This document shows, in pieces, positions 37,062 to 46,556 of a DNA stretch of 64,000 nt. This DNA is from an uncultured virus (IMG/VR IMGVR_UViG_3300018056_000001) (lineage: Duplodnaviria; Heunggongvirae; Uroviricota; Caudoviricetes). The stretch lies in the IMG/VR virus record IMGVR_UViG_3300018056_000001. The stretch is one strand, 5' to 3'. A program made the position numbers and the translations under genes. Every line of letters starts with the position of its first letter. The first letter of the stretch is position 1. The notes beneath the pieces are model-generated. The model made no database searches and was not told the origin of the DNA. It was given only the letters and a program-made list of their open reading frames with translations.

Positions 37062-37777
37062 CCCATGCCCCCCACGAGTGGATCGAGCGTCGTCGCTTCA
37101 CCCCGCGGCTTGAAGAGATCACGACGACGATCGAGCCCGGCCCAACGCCGGAACTTCTGATTGGCCTTCAGGACACCATTCTCCTCGGCTGCCGCACGCA
37201 GGAATTGTCGATACAACGGTACCGTCGTCGACCAAGTCGGACCCCCGAGCTTGAAGGGTAACAGGTGAAGGACGAAGTTCAGGAGATGATCGAGCAGCTC
37301 CTGCCCGAAGTCGATAAAGTCGGCATTCTCGACCAGCACAGGGGTATTCGAGACCCCGTCAAGGCTGAGACCATTCACCACGACAGAATTCATCGCCGGC
37401 CAGATCGCGATCCGCTGCAGAGAAATCGGTGCCCAGATCGTTGGCACGGTTGGGACCGCCCCCCCAGAGGCAACCGTTTCGCTCCGCCATGTCGGGCGAA
37501 CGAGATCGAGTTCAGGCAGCGAGGCGATCGTCAAGGGGAGCCCACTGACGGTCACGCGCATTCCATAGACAAGGGTTGAAGGAAGGACGTACTCCACTGT
37601 GCCAACCCCTGTGTTTTGTGCCACGCGGCGCCGCCAACGTCCAGTCAAGAGATTCCACGTTCTCAAGGCTTCGTTGATCGCAAGCCGCTCCTCTTCAGGC
37701 GTCCACTGGAGGATGCCGTCCCGCTTGGCGCGTAGGCGCACGCGGAGATCTTCAAGGGTAAGGACGGTGTAGGCCAT
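37058..37777 (-). CDS. Head-tail adaptor-like protein
   Basis: INEALRTW, EYVLPS, IAIWP pattern. Confidence 0.55.
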   Translation of the reverse strand: MAYTVLTLEDLRVRLRAKRDGILQWTPEEERLAINEALRTWNLLTGRWRRRVAQNTGVGTVEYVLPSTLVYGMRVTVSGLPLTIASLPELDLVRPTWRSETVASGGAVPTVPTIWAPISLQRIAIWPAMNSVVVNGLSLDGVSNTPVLVENADFIDFGQELLDHLLNFVLHLLPFKLGGPTWSTTVPLYRQFLRAAAEENGVLKANQKFRRWAGLDRRRDLFKPRGEATTLDPLVGGMG

Positions 37778-37779
37778 GA

Positions 37780-38343
37780 CTACCCTTGATCATTGAAGGT
37801 CTCGGCCGGGCACGCGACGTCAGCCGGCGCGGTGTCGATCGTAAAAGCGACCGGACATCCGCCTGGAGGCGGAGGCTGGAAGATGAAGCATCCGAAGGGA
37901 TAGAGGATCTCAACCGAAATCTGAGAGGCACGGACGACCCGGTTCGCGAGCGCGTACTGCCAGAGCGCTTCAACCGGGATCTGCGAGGCACGAACAGGGA
38001 CGGCTCCATACTGAAAGAGGACCTCGACAGGTTCTTGACTCTCGCGAACAGGTGCGAACCCGATTCCAGCGGCCATGAACCCGATCGCCCACGGGTGAAC
38101 GACTCGGCCTGGGGGGACACGATGAGGGAAGGTCGGAAGCCAGACGGGGACTTCGGCAGGATTGACCACAGGAACGAGTGCGACGTTGAACGGCTCGACA
38201 CCCCCAGAGACCAACGAGACACGAGGTCGCAGGACGCGATCGGGATAGATCGGTCGCCACTGGACCAGATCTGGGGCAACCGTGACCGCGACCGGTTCGG
38301 CCTTCTGCTGATAGAGGAACAGATCGCCTGGAACAATAGCCAC
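37780..38343 (-). CDS. Hypothetical virion protein with W.P.[FY]P.R motifs
   Basis: WRPIYPDR and WLPTFPHR; duplicated VRASQI.VE. Confidence 0.5.
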   Translation of the reverse strand: MAIVPGDLFLYQQKAEPVAVTVAPDLVQWRPIYPDRVLRPRVSLVSGGVEPFNVALVPVVNPAEVPVWLPTFPHRVPPGRVVHPWAIGFMAAGIGFAPVRESQEPVEVLFQYGAVPVRASQIPVEALWQYALANRVVRASQISVEILYPFGCFIFQPPPPGGCPVAFTIDTAPADVACPAETFNDQG

Positions 38344-38344
38344 A

Positions 38345-39406
38345 CTAGGTTGTCACCTTAATCCCAAATTCCGCGTCATTCACCCCCGCGATCGTCCACG
38401 CAGCCCCCGTACCCGGATTGGTCTCGTAGAGCTGCAAGAGATAGACATAGCTCCCGAAGCTCGGGTTCTGTGGAGTTCCTACCTGATCGACGCCAGCATG
38501 GCGTACGATCGGAGCGACCGCACGCAGTCCGCTGTCAGTTTTGCGTGTATAGAGTCCCACCTGAACACCAAAAATCGTACCGCCGGCTGGGAGTCCTGTG
38601 TTCGCGTAGACCTCCGTGTCGGATTGGTTCGCCGTCGAGGACTGAATGTAGGTCGTGTCATCGTCAGGGGAACTTCCGTCGTTCACGGCTTGCCAGTGCG
38701 TCCCAACACCCACTACGGACCAGTCCTGATCAGCCCCTGGGGCAGTTGGCGACAGATACTCCGCGTGCACGTCCCCAAGGAAGGTGTTCTGGGGTGCCCC
38801 ACCTGTCGTGTCGAGAATGTAGAAGTCGTCAACGTAGTAACTGGTTCCGCCTCCCGCGCTCGTCAAGAAGGTCCACTTGGTAATCTCGGCCGTGACCCCT
38901 CCATCGGAGACGGTATCGATGCCCGCGACATTGATCACCTGAACTCCGTTGACGTGAACCTCAACCTGCCCAGCGGACGCGTGGATGAGCGCGCGAAACT
39001 CCACATAGAACCACTCATTCATCTTCACCGTATCTGCTACCGACGACCCTAGGAGCACAGGGAAGATCTCATCACGATAGACATGTAGCTTCCCATCCTT
39101 CGACCACTGAAGGATCACGTTGTCCCCAGAGCTAGTTCCGAAGCCTCCAATCGTGAAACGGCCGCCTTGCGCGACCGATGTCGTGAGCGCGGTGATCCGG
39201 ATCGCGAACCCCACGATCCCCTCCGCATTCCCAAACGTCACGCCCTTAGCAAGGAAGGAATTGGTCTGCACACGCAGGGCGTTACTCCCACAGCGCCCTT
39301 CGCCTGCGGCGATCACGTTCTGAGACAACTCCTCGTCACTCGTCCACTTCGCGGTCCGTTGGGCGGTTTGGTAGTGATCGAAGCTGTCAAAAAACTCCAA
39401 GGCCAT
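38345..39406 (-). CDS. Tail/virion protein with lectin-like beta-sandwich
   Basis: FDSFDHY, WFYVE, VEVHVNG, YVDDFYI. Confidence 0.55.
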   Translation of the reverse strand: MALEFFDSFDHYQTAQRTAKWTSDEELSQNVIAAGEGRCGSNALRVQTNSFLAKGVTFGNAEGIVGFAIRITALTTSVAQGGRFTIGGFGTSSGDNVILQWSKDGKLHVYRDEIFPVLLGSSVADTVKMNEWFYVEFRALIHASAGQVEVHVNGVQVINVAGIDTVSDGGVTAEITKWTFLTSAGGGTSYYVDDFYILDTTGGAPQNTFLGDVHAEYLSPTAPGADQDWSVVGVGTHWQAVNDGSSPDDDTTYIQSSTANQSDTEVYANTGLPAGGTIFGVQVGLYTRKTDSGLRAVAPIVRHAGVDQVGTPQNPSFGSYVYLLQLYETNPGTGAAWTIAGVNDAEFGIKVTT

Positions 39407-39780
39407 CAGGGCACCTCCGCCAGGGCTTTGACGACGAGGACCATTTCATGCTTCCCGGAGCCTGCCGGCCATGTCCACTCGAAGAGGGCAATATGGCGCT
39501 CGAAGGGAAGGGCTTCGATGAGGGTGGTATCCCCTGTCTGGATTGTCCAGGTCAAGAGCCCGGCTGCGGAGATCGTCACATTGTTCGCGTTCAGGATGTT
39601 CTGAGCGTTCCGAGAGTTCACGTAGCCGATCGATCCGTCGGTCTTGATCACATAAAGAGTCAGGGCAGCGGTCGCCAGCGTAGCCCCAGGCAGGGCGGTG
39701 ACCCCATCATTCCCGACCACCGTAGCCGTATATTGGCCGGTCGACTGCTCCAAGATATCGAAGGTCTTCGGTTCAATCAT
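39406..39780 (-). CDS. Small virion protein (BppU-N/Ig-like)
   Basis: GLLTWTIQTGDT...FEWTW pattern. Confidence 0.45.
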   Translation of the reverse strand: MIEPKTFDILEQSTGQYTATVVGNDGVTALPGATLATAALTLYVIKTDGSIGYVNSRNAQNILNANNVTISAAGLLTWTIQTGDTTLIEALPFERHIALFEWTWPAGSGKHEMVLVVKALAEVP

Positions 39781-39782
39781 GA

Positions 39783-40910
39783 CTAGTACGAGACCACACG
39801 TGGGGTGTGGAGAATAATCGGTTGCGTGGTCGCGATTTGGATCGTCGAGGCTGCCGCTGCCCCATCGTCGATCTGACTGAGATGGAGCCCGATAAAGGGA
39901 CGGGATGTATCTGTGTCCGTCCACGCTCCGGCATCGGTACGAGTACTCTGGTACCACGTAGTACCGCCCGGAGCAGCCAACATACGGGCATTGTTCTCGA
40001 CAGTGAAGCCAAACAGATTGAGACTTGTCACCGTTGAGGGACGGACTGAGACTCGATAAGTCGTGTTGGCCGTCAGCGCGACACCCGCCCACCGAACCAC
40101 GGCAGTAGCTCCGGTTGTGAACCCCCGAGCACTCGAATCAACCGTCGTAGTCGCGAGCACAGTTGTGCCATCGCTATCGATCAGAAGTATGTCACAATCC
40201 CCGTCGAAGTCTGCACGAATCCACGCCCCGTCACAGACACAGGCCATCGGGACTTGGAAACGGAGGGCTCGCTCATCAGGTGTACTGCCCGTGTTGTACG
40301 TCGCGTTTGCGAATGCCAAGATCGGATAGCAGTTTTCGAGAATGTTCACGTACCCATCCGTGACGTACTCTAAAGCAAGTGGAATCATGCCCGGAGTAGA
40401 AGTAGGGCGCACCCACGCCCCAGTAATGAATTCATCTGAGTAGTACTCCATTTCTCCTGTGCCATCCGCCCCGAGTAAGGGGTACCTGCGAATATCAATG
40501 CTGTCAGAGGCGACGAAGCTCTCGAATTCCACCACAAGAGCGATCCGATCACCAGCGACGACGGTACGCTTGATCCCTGTATCTGTCCCATCTGATGTCA
40601 TCAGGCCAGGTGTCTGCCAGGTGTTCCCGACGAAGGGACCAGCCATCGTCCGAAATTGATCTTGTGTCCCATCGGGATGTCCAGACGCATCGAGATCTTG
40701 AAAAGACACACGCAAACCATTATCAGGGTTATTCCCGACTGTACCGACCACGAACTCACAACGGTTCAAGACCCCACTCTTCGGGACACGAAAGCAGGCT
40801 GCGACTTTCTCACCCGCCGCGTTGATCGTCGTTCCAACAAACGATGAGGCCGTGCCCGCCGTGAGCGGCGGCACGTACCAGAGTCCCCCTGGGGGAACGA
40901 TCATCGCCAT
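39783..40910 (-). CDS. Putative tail/receptor-binding protein
   Basis: 375 aa, T/G-rich beta protein in virion operon. Confidence 0.5.
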   Translation of the reverse strand: MAMIVPPGGLWYVPPLTAGTASSFVGTTINAAGEKVAACFRVPKSGVLNRCEFVVGTVGNNPDNGLRVSFQDLDASGHPDGTQDQFRTMAGPFVGNTWQTPGLMTSDGTDTGIKRTVVAGDRIALVVEFESFVASDSIDIRRYPLLGADGTGEMEYYSDEFITGAWVRPTSTPGMIPLALEYVTDGYVNILENCYPILAFANATYNTGSTPDERALRFQVPMACVCDGAWIRADFDGDCDILLIDSDGTTVLATTTVDSSARGFTTGATAVVRWAGVALTANTTYRVSVRPSTVTSLNLFGFTVENNARMLAAPGGTTWYQSTRTDAGAWTDTDTSRPFIGLHLSQIDDGAAAASTIQIATTQPIILHTPRVVSY

Positions 40911-41512
40911 CAGCAGAGACCTTCAGAGATGAGGGCGGGGACACTGAGCGCTTCGGAGAGGAGCACAGGCACCGTGACGGTCTCGCTAATCAATGCGGAG
41001 ACCGCGAAAGAGGTATCGACCAGCTCCACACAGAGTTCCCCGGCTGCTACGATCGCGGGGAGCGTCACGTAGCTCAAACCCCCGAGGACCTTCAGCGGGA
41101 ATGGCACGCGAAAGACCCGATCGGGATATCTCGGGGACCAGCTCATCCGCGCACCAATGTTGATCAATTCCCCAAGAGGCGGAAGGAAGTAACTCGGGCG
41201 CATGTGGGGCGGCTGCACCTGTCGCAGGATCCGATCGGGAAACGTCGGTGCCCACTTCGTTGGAGCTGGAGCCTGTTCAATCGCGGCAGCGAAATCCTGC
41301 CCCTGCCGAATCCCAAGGGGCGGAGGAATCGGGCGCGTACGGACGGTACTCGGATAGGAGGGTTGCCAGCCCATGAAAATCGACTCGGCAGGAAGACTCA
41401 ACGTTCGTGTGATGAATTGAGCGGCCGTGTGGATCAGAGGGCGAGGCGGGAGAGCGTCAGGAAAGCCGACCCCGACTCCGATGCCGGCTGAAACGAGGAA
41501 GAAGGTATACAT
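40910..41512 (-). CDS. Hypothetical virion protein with W.P.[FY]P motifs
   Basis: WQPSYPS, WAPTFPDR, WSPRYPDR; TGATG coupling. Confidence 0.5.
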   Translation of the reverse strand: MYTFFLVSAGIGVGVGFPDALPPRPLIHTAAQFITRTLSLPAESIFMGWQPSYPSTVRTRPIPPPLGIRQGQDFAAAIEQAPAPTKWAPTFPDRILRQVQPPHMRPSYFLPPLGELINIGARMSWSPRYPDRVFRVPFPLKVLGGLSYVTLPAIVAAGELCVELVDTSFAVSALISETVTVPVLLSEALSVPALISEGLC

Positions 41513-41811
41513 CAGACACCGACCGATCGCCGGAGTCGATCCCGCGCCTCCATCCGGTCGAGCTGCTGCTCCCATGGTGTGCAGGTACCAAGGACATGAC
41601 AAGAGAGACACACAGGTTCCATGCACTGTCGACAAAAGGACCCTGCGTCCTCTCGCCACATGTGTGTCCGTCGGTTGTAGCGCAAGTAGACCGTGGCCCC
41701 CGTTCTCGGCTTCACAAAAATTTGCCGCTGACAGTGATGACAGGTCAACACGTCGAATTCGACAATTCTCTTTTCGGGCTCGACGATCGTCGCGTAGCCG
41801 TGGACCTTCAT
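41512..41811 (-). CDS. Zinc-binding hypothetical protein
   Basis: CHHC, CRQC, CLSC. Confidence 0.55.
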   Translation of the reverse strand: MKVHGYATIVEPEKRIVEFDVLTCHHCQRQIFVKPRTGATVYLRYNRRTHMWREDAGSFCRQCMEPVCLSCHVLGTCTPWEQQLDRMEARDRLRRSVGV

Positions 41812-42083
41812 CGGAGATCGCCCAGCTCCTGTCCCTCGATGGCATTCAGAATGATCAGAGGCGGATCGTTCGGAGCCTCAAGAACCGGCGGCGGTCCTAG
41901 GAACTTCTCGACTTGAGCGATCTGCACGACCTCGCCCGGTCCAGACGTCACACGGAGGGCGTGCGCGAGCGCCTGAACAGGAGTCGTCGCTCCCGCAACC
42001 GGAACGTCGGTGACAAGTCGCTCGTTGAAATGATCAGGCAGATACCGTACTGGCCGATCAAAGGTCACCAGGAAGTAGCCCAC
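41808..42083 (-). CDS. Hypothetical protein
   Basis: 91-aa ORF coupled in operon. Confidence 0.45.
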   Translation of the reverse strand: MGYFLVTFDRPVRYLPDHFNERLVTDVPVAGATTPVQALAHALRVTSGPGEVVQIAQVEKFLGPPPVLEAPNDPPLIILNAIEGQELGDLR

Positions 42084-42085
42084 CC

Positions 42086-42529
42086 CTATTGCTCCTCAAA
42101 CCACACGGTCGCTGTGATGGCGACAGCCGATGAAGTCGGGGTGTAGACGGCGAACCCATTCGCGGCAGTCGCGGGGTACGTCAGGGGGCGATCGGTCACC
42201 CACCGGAAGGTCGCACGTTGATTCAGAGGGAGCGCGAGCAGAATCGCGTTGGCCGTCGCGGTCGCATCGACGGTATGATTTTCCCCTGCATCCGCTTCGG
42301 TTGCGGCGTCAGCGGGATCGAGCTGCTGTGGGGTCACGGCCGTCGAAGTCCCCAATGCCGTCACCCGTTGGACGGTGTACAGAAACGCATTGTCTGCGGG
42401 AGATGCTTCAGACCCGAAGAGTGCGTCATAGACCTTCCCCCGACGTGGGCGGGTTGCGTCAGCCCCAATCGACCCCAAGGGAAGGGTCGCCGAAGCCGTA
42501 CGGTTCATCTGCATAGCGAATGCTGCCAC
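42086..42529 (-). CDS. Hypothetical virion protein
   Basis: AAGGAGG RBS before GTG 42529; A/T-rich protein. Confidence 0.55.
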   Translation of the reverse strand: MAAFAMQMNRTASATLPLGSIGADATRPRRGKVYDALFGSEASPADNAFLYTVQRVTALGTSTAVTPQQLDPADAATEADAGENHTVDATATANAILLALPLNQRATFRWVTDRPLTYPATAANGFAVYTPTSSAVAITATVWFEEQ

Positions 42530-42539
42530 AGGAACCTCC

Positions 42540-42860
42540 TTAGAACGGAATCGCGAGTATGTGTAACGTCGAACCCGCTCCCGCAGCCCAGAGATGCGAC
42601 AGCTTGATCGGTCCAGTCTCGAAGGGACCAATCGAGGGAGCTGCGGAGACGTTTGTCGAGTCGACCTGCACACCAAAATCCGTCGAGGTGACTTGGGCGT
42701 CGTCACCGATGAACGCATCAGCGCCCGTCGCCGTGAAGAGAAGCTGGCGATACGGAATATCGAGCGCGGCATCCGGGTTCGCCCCAGCAGGCCCCCCGTA
42801 GGCGTCGGAGAGTCGTACCGCCGCAGCGGCAAGCGTGACATTGAAGTGTCGAGCAGCCAT
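42540..42860 (-). CDS. Hypothetical virion protein
   Basis: 106-aa ORF in operon. Confidence 0.55.
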   Translation of the reverse strand: MAARHFNVTLAAAAVRLSDAYGGPAGANPDAALDIPYRQLLFTATGADAFIGDDAQVTSTDFGVQVDSTNVSAAPSIGPFETGPIKLSHLWAAGAGSTLHILAIPF

Positions 42861-42864
42861 CAGG

Positions 42865-43185
42865 TCAACTCCAGATCAGACTCGCCTGAACTTTCCCGTT
42901 GAAGTTCGCTTCCCCCATCACCACTCGGAATCGCTCATTCTTCTCAACACGAACCTGGACAGAGGTGATCGACTTGGTCGAGATCGCGTCCGCCCCGATC
43001 TGCAATTGCTGTGTCCCGAGATCCACTGTGTTCGCGCCGTCTCGATAGCTCACGGTCAGGACACAGTCCTTATTCGACCAGAGGAGCACCGTCAGCAGCA
43101 CGACTCCCGGCCCCACAGGCCCCGTATCTGCGAGGACCGCCCCCAATGAGGGATTCGTCACGATCCCGGCTGTCGACCAGCCCAT
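42865..43185 (-). CDS. Hypothetical virion protein
   Basis: 106-aa ORF with GAGG RBS. Confidence 0.55.
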   Translation of the reverse strand: MGWSTAGIVTNPSLGAVLADTGPVGPGVVLLTVLLWSNKDCVLTVSYRDGANTVDLGTQQLQIGADAISTKSITSVQVRVEKNERFRVVMGEANFNGKVQASLIWS

Positions 43186-43189
43186 CCGT

Positions 43190-43474
43190 CTACCTCTTAT
43201 CGATCGTCCCAGGACTCCGCTTTTCGAGCGAGGGCGGCTCGGGCGGGGTCTCGCTCGGTTCGAAGCGATTCGGCAGCGACGGGAGACCGGAGACCGAATT
43301 CGCCGACTCTTCAGGCCCCGTGTTGGCGTAGATCGGTTTGTCGAACGGGGTTTGGAGGGCCGATGATCCCGAAGCGTTCACGTTCGGATCAGATCCACGC
43401 GAAGTCACACCCTGTCCGCCGAGATCTGGAACAGGGACGGCAGCTTTCTCGAACGGGGTTTTCAGGTCGCCCAT
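43190..43474 (-). CDS. Hypothetical low-complexity protein
   Basis: AAGGAG RBS; duplicated L.TPF.K. Confidence 0.5.
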   Translation of the reverse strand: MGDLKTPFEKAAVPVPDLGGQGVTSRGSDPNVNASGSSALQTPFDKPIYANTGPEESANSVSGLPSLPNRFEPSETPPEPPSLEKRSPGTIDKR

Positions 43475-43497
43475 GATGAATGACTCCTTCGATGTAT

Positions 43498-43523
43498 GTA
43501 CTACTAGTACCGACTAGTAGTAC
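43498..43523. repeat. Perfect 11-bp inverted repeat
   Basis: GTACTACTAGT-ACCG-ACTAGTAGTAC in an intergenic gap. Confidence 0.7.
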
Positions 43524-44465
43524 CTAATAGAGATCAGCGATCGTCGCGTCGGTCGAACGGAGCGATTGGTCATTGTACGCGAGATCCGCCAAGGGCCAGT
43601 GCTCCCAATGGACACGGGCGAGGTCAGATCCTTGCTGGTCATCGTCGCGAAGGGAGAGACGCTGGACGCCAGCCAGAAACTCCTTCTCCAACCGATCGGC
43701 CAGGGTCAGGTTGAAGTAGGGATTCGGTTTGTCGGTCGTGCCGGGCCAGCGGGCGCACTGATGAAGCGCACCCTTTTGCAAGACGTCGCCCGCGTCCGCC
43801 ATGACCCCGGTAAACACGAAGCTGTCAGCAAGGTTCGCCGCCTGCTTGAAGTAGTAGTAGGGATAGCTCCGAGCGGCGGTCGGACGAGGCCACAGCTCGA
43901 ATTGGATGCGACCAAGGGTGAGAGGATGCGTAGACGGTATGGCCGTAGCCAGAAGTCTGGGACCCGAATCCCCAGCTTGGCGTGTGGGATCGAGCAGGTT
44001 CATCTGATCCGCGGTGATCCAGAAGGCGAGGCGGCGTTGATTGTAGGGGTCGGCGATCAAATCAAAGCTGCCGAAGTCAGCCGGGGTCACATAGTAGCCA
44101 TCGAAAATCAAGGCGGACGCGGAGGCATTCTCCTCCCCGTAGATCCGATCCAAGGTGATCGTGTTGACATCCGGGACCGCAATGATCGTATAGAGCATGG
44201 CCGGGGCGATGCGAAACTGCCGGCCATCATCAGAGGCGACGAAGGCTCCCGCCGAGGTCACCGTGGCTGATCCTTTGGTCACCGTCACAGAGACCGCTCG
44301 GGACGCAGACAATTGGATCACACCCAAGGCACGGAGGAAGACCCAGGGACGCATCCTGGATAATGTTTTCCAAGCATCGTTAACCCACTCTCTAACAAGG
44401 AACGTGGGCGCAGCAGAAGCATGGAGCTTGACGATGCGCCACACTTCTGCATACGTGGCCGCCAT
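43524..44465 (-). CDS. Head-tail adaptor-like protein with beta insertion
   Basis: WVNDAW...PW.FL, Y..PADF, ELWP.P pattern; downstream of capsid genes. Confidence 0.6.
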   Translation of the reverse strand: MAATYAEVWRIVKLHASAAPTFLVREWVNDAWKTLSRMRPWVFLRALGVIQLSASRAVSVTVTKGSATVTSAGAFVASDDGRQFRIAPAMLYTIIAVPDVNTITLDRIYGEENASASALIFDGYYVTPADFGSFDLIADPYNQRRLAFWITADQMNLLDPTRQAGDSGPRLLATAIPSTHPLTLGRIQFELWPRPTAARSYPYYYFKQAANLADSFVFTGVMADAGDVLQKGALHQCARWPGTTDKPNPYFNLTLADRLEKEFLAGVQRLSLRDDDQQGSDLARVHWEHWPLADLAYNDQSLRSTDATIADLY

Positions 44466-44467
44466 CC

Positions 44468-44776
44468 TTAGACTCCGATGGCTTCGAAGCGCGCGGAATA
44501 GGTGGAGAGATTCGTCGTGTTGGCGATCTCGGCACCCGCCAGATCAAACCACTTGATCTGATTGTTCGCGTAGTTGTAGAGGACGAGGCGCAGGTCAGTG
44601 CCATTCGTCGCGCACTCGACCAGAAACACGTCGACACGAGACATCCCCAAGGCGGCGAGAATCCCGGTCTCCCCCCCTGTGGGATAGCTGGCCGGGCCAG
44701 TCACCCGGCCCAGCTTCCGTATTTTGGCTCCACTGTGGTCGTGGTAGCCAACGACCGTCGACCGATCGATCGGCAT
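44468..44776 (-). CDS. Head decoration-like protein
   Basis: SYPTGG motif; position after capsid genes. Confidence 0.45.
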   Translation of the reverse strand: MPIDRSTVVGYHDHSGAKIRKLGRVTGPASYPTGGETGILAALGMSRVDVFLVECATNGTDLRLVLYNYANNQIKWFDLAGAEIANTTNLSTYSARFEAIGV

Positions 44777-44786
44777 GGGCTACCTC

Positions 44787-45356
44787 CTATGGCGTGTTGA
44801 CGAGATCGATATCGACGACCGCGAGAGACCCCGCCCCGAGTGTGCCCGCGGTGATGCCGATCGGCGGATACGACGCCGCCGTGCCCGCCGCGAGGACATC
44901 AGCCTTGCCGTTGGTCGCCGAGGGGATGACGAAGTTCCCATCGTCGTTGACGTTCGCCACGATGACCGCGTCGATGAACTTGACGATCCCTGGTCCGCCG
45001 ATTTGGATACACGCGTATTGCCCGACCGCGATCGGTGCGATGGTCTCGTCATTCTGGAACACGCCCGCGACTCGACCTCGCCCGAGGGTGGTCACCGTAG
45101 TCGTCACCAGATACCTCGTCTTGTCCGCCCACCACGCGACCGCGCCCTTGTAGGGAGCGACGGCCATGGAGGAATCGGTCTGGACGAGCTGATACGTTTT
45201 GAACCGGCCATCCTCGGGACCCGGCGGGCTCCCGATCGGCTGCTTGACCGTGAATCGCGCGCCCAGAAGCCCAGGGGCGTGCAGGGTCGTCGTCGCTTCG
45301 CGCTCCGGGTCTCCAGATTGGAGGTAGGCCGGAGGCATCTCCCAACGGTTTGGCAT
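44787..45356 (-). CDS. Capsid cement/decoration-like protein
   Basis: AAGGAG RBS; directly after MCP; GQYACIQ.GG. Confidence 0.5.
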   Translation of the reverse strand: MPNRWEMPPAYLQSGDPEREATTTLHAPGLLGARFTVKQPIGSPPGPEDGRFKTYQLVQTDSSMAVAPYKGAVAWWADKTRYLVTTTVTTLGRGRVAGVFQNDETIAPIAVGQYACIQIGGPGIVKFIDAVIVANVNDDGNFVIPSATNGKADVLAAGTAASYPPIGITAGTLGAGSLAVVDIDLVNTP

Positions 45357-45366
45357 AGCCTTCTCC

Positions 45367-46545
45367 TTACTGGACGAAGCCGAACATCGCGCGTGACAGA
45401 CGGAGTGCCCGCCACGCCAGATTCCCGCCGAACAGGATCTGACCCGAGACTTGATTATCCTCACGGGCTCCCTTGAAGCCGGTGAACCCAAAGGCAAATT
45501 TCGACGATTGCGCGATATAGAGACGGATGTAGGCGTCGTCGCCTTGAGGACCGAAGTTGAGCCAATAGAACGATTCGGTCGACGCGTTGTAGTTCCCGAT
45601 GTCCGGATCGTTCGTGCCATCTTGGCCGGGAGCATACTGGGACATGACGATCGTGGCTTGGTCGAACTTCATCCCCGGCCAGTTGATCTCGGGTTGTGTG
45701 GTGTCCACAACCTGATGAGGGAGGAAGTTCTCGGAGATGAAGCCCATGTTGCGGTTGGTGGTGATCCCCACGGTCGGACGTTCGTTCCCGATAATCGACG
45801 AGAAGTAGGAGTGACGAAGGGCGCGATAGGACATGGGGCCGGCGACGTTGGCGGCAACCAATCCGGTCGGAGGGGTCAGGGCCGGCGCCACATCGACGCG
45901 TGTCTGCCCGCCATAGCTCGGAAAGGCGTTGCCGAAGATCGAGACGTTGGTCCCGTCGTTCAGCGCTTCCTCGATGCCATTGAGTTCGGCCGAACGATCG
46001 TCGCCTGGAAGGGCTTGGCCGTGATGGAAGGCCGCGATTTCCAGAATGGCCGACATGGTCAGAGCCGCCTGTTGCATATCCGTCCGAATGACGGAGAAGG
46101 CCGCTCGCGGTCCCGCCATCTCGACTTCGATGTCCTCGAGGAACTCGGTGACGTTGACTTGATAGTACCTGGGATTGAAGAGTAGTCCCGTACGGGTCTG
46201 CCGCCGTGTCACGTCGAAGCTCGCCCCTTTCTTGTACGCGCCCCCCTTCATCGGCTTGTACATGAAATTTTCTTGAATCTGGGGGCCAATCCACTTTCTC
46301 GTGAAGCGGGCCTTGGCCATCGCGATGAACGGCCCGGCCTTGAAATAGCCGTCAACGACACCGGGCGAGATCTCCTTGGCGACCGTCGTGTTGACATCAT
46401 CCAACTGAATAGCCAGGATCATGGGCGCGAGAAGAAGACTCTCAGGACGGATCCAGGCCATGAGCGCCCAGAGAGCCAGACCAGTCAAACGTGGATGGGC
46501 GACGATCCAACCGATCGCCGCGTGGAACCGTTGCCAGAGAGTCAC
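45367..46545 (-). CDS. Major capsid protein
   Basis: 392 aa after scaffold; HK97-like pattern (LNGIEEA, YGGQTR); strong codon bias; AGGAGG RBS. Confidence 0.75.
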   Translation of the reverse strand: MTLWQRFHAAIGWIVAHPRLTGLALWALMAWIRPESLLLAPMILAIQLDDVNTTVAKEISPGVVDGYFKAGPFIAMAKARFTRKWIGPQIQENFMYKPMKGGAYKKGASFDVTRRQTRTGLLFNPRYYQVNVTEFLEDIEVEMAGPRAAFSVIRTDMQQAALTMSAILEIAAFHHGQALPGDDRSAELNGIEEALNDGTNVSIFGNAFPSYGGQTRVDVAPALTPPTGLVAANVAGPMSYRALRHSYFSSIIGNERPTVGITTNRNMGFISENFLPHQVVDTTQPEINWPGMKFDQATIVMSQYAPGQDGTNDPDIGNYNASTESFYWLNFGPQGDDAYIRLYIAQSSKFAFGFTGFKGAREDNQVSGQILFGGNLAWRALRLSRAMFGFVQ

Positions 46546-46556
46546 AGGGCTTCCTC

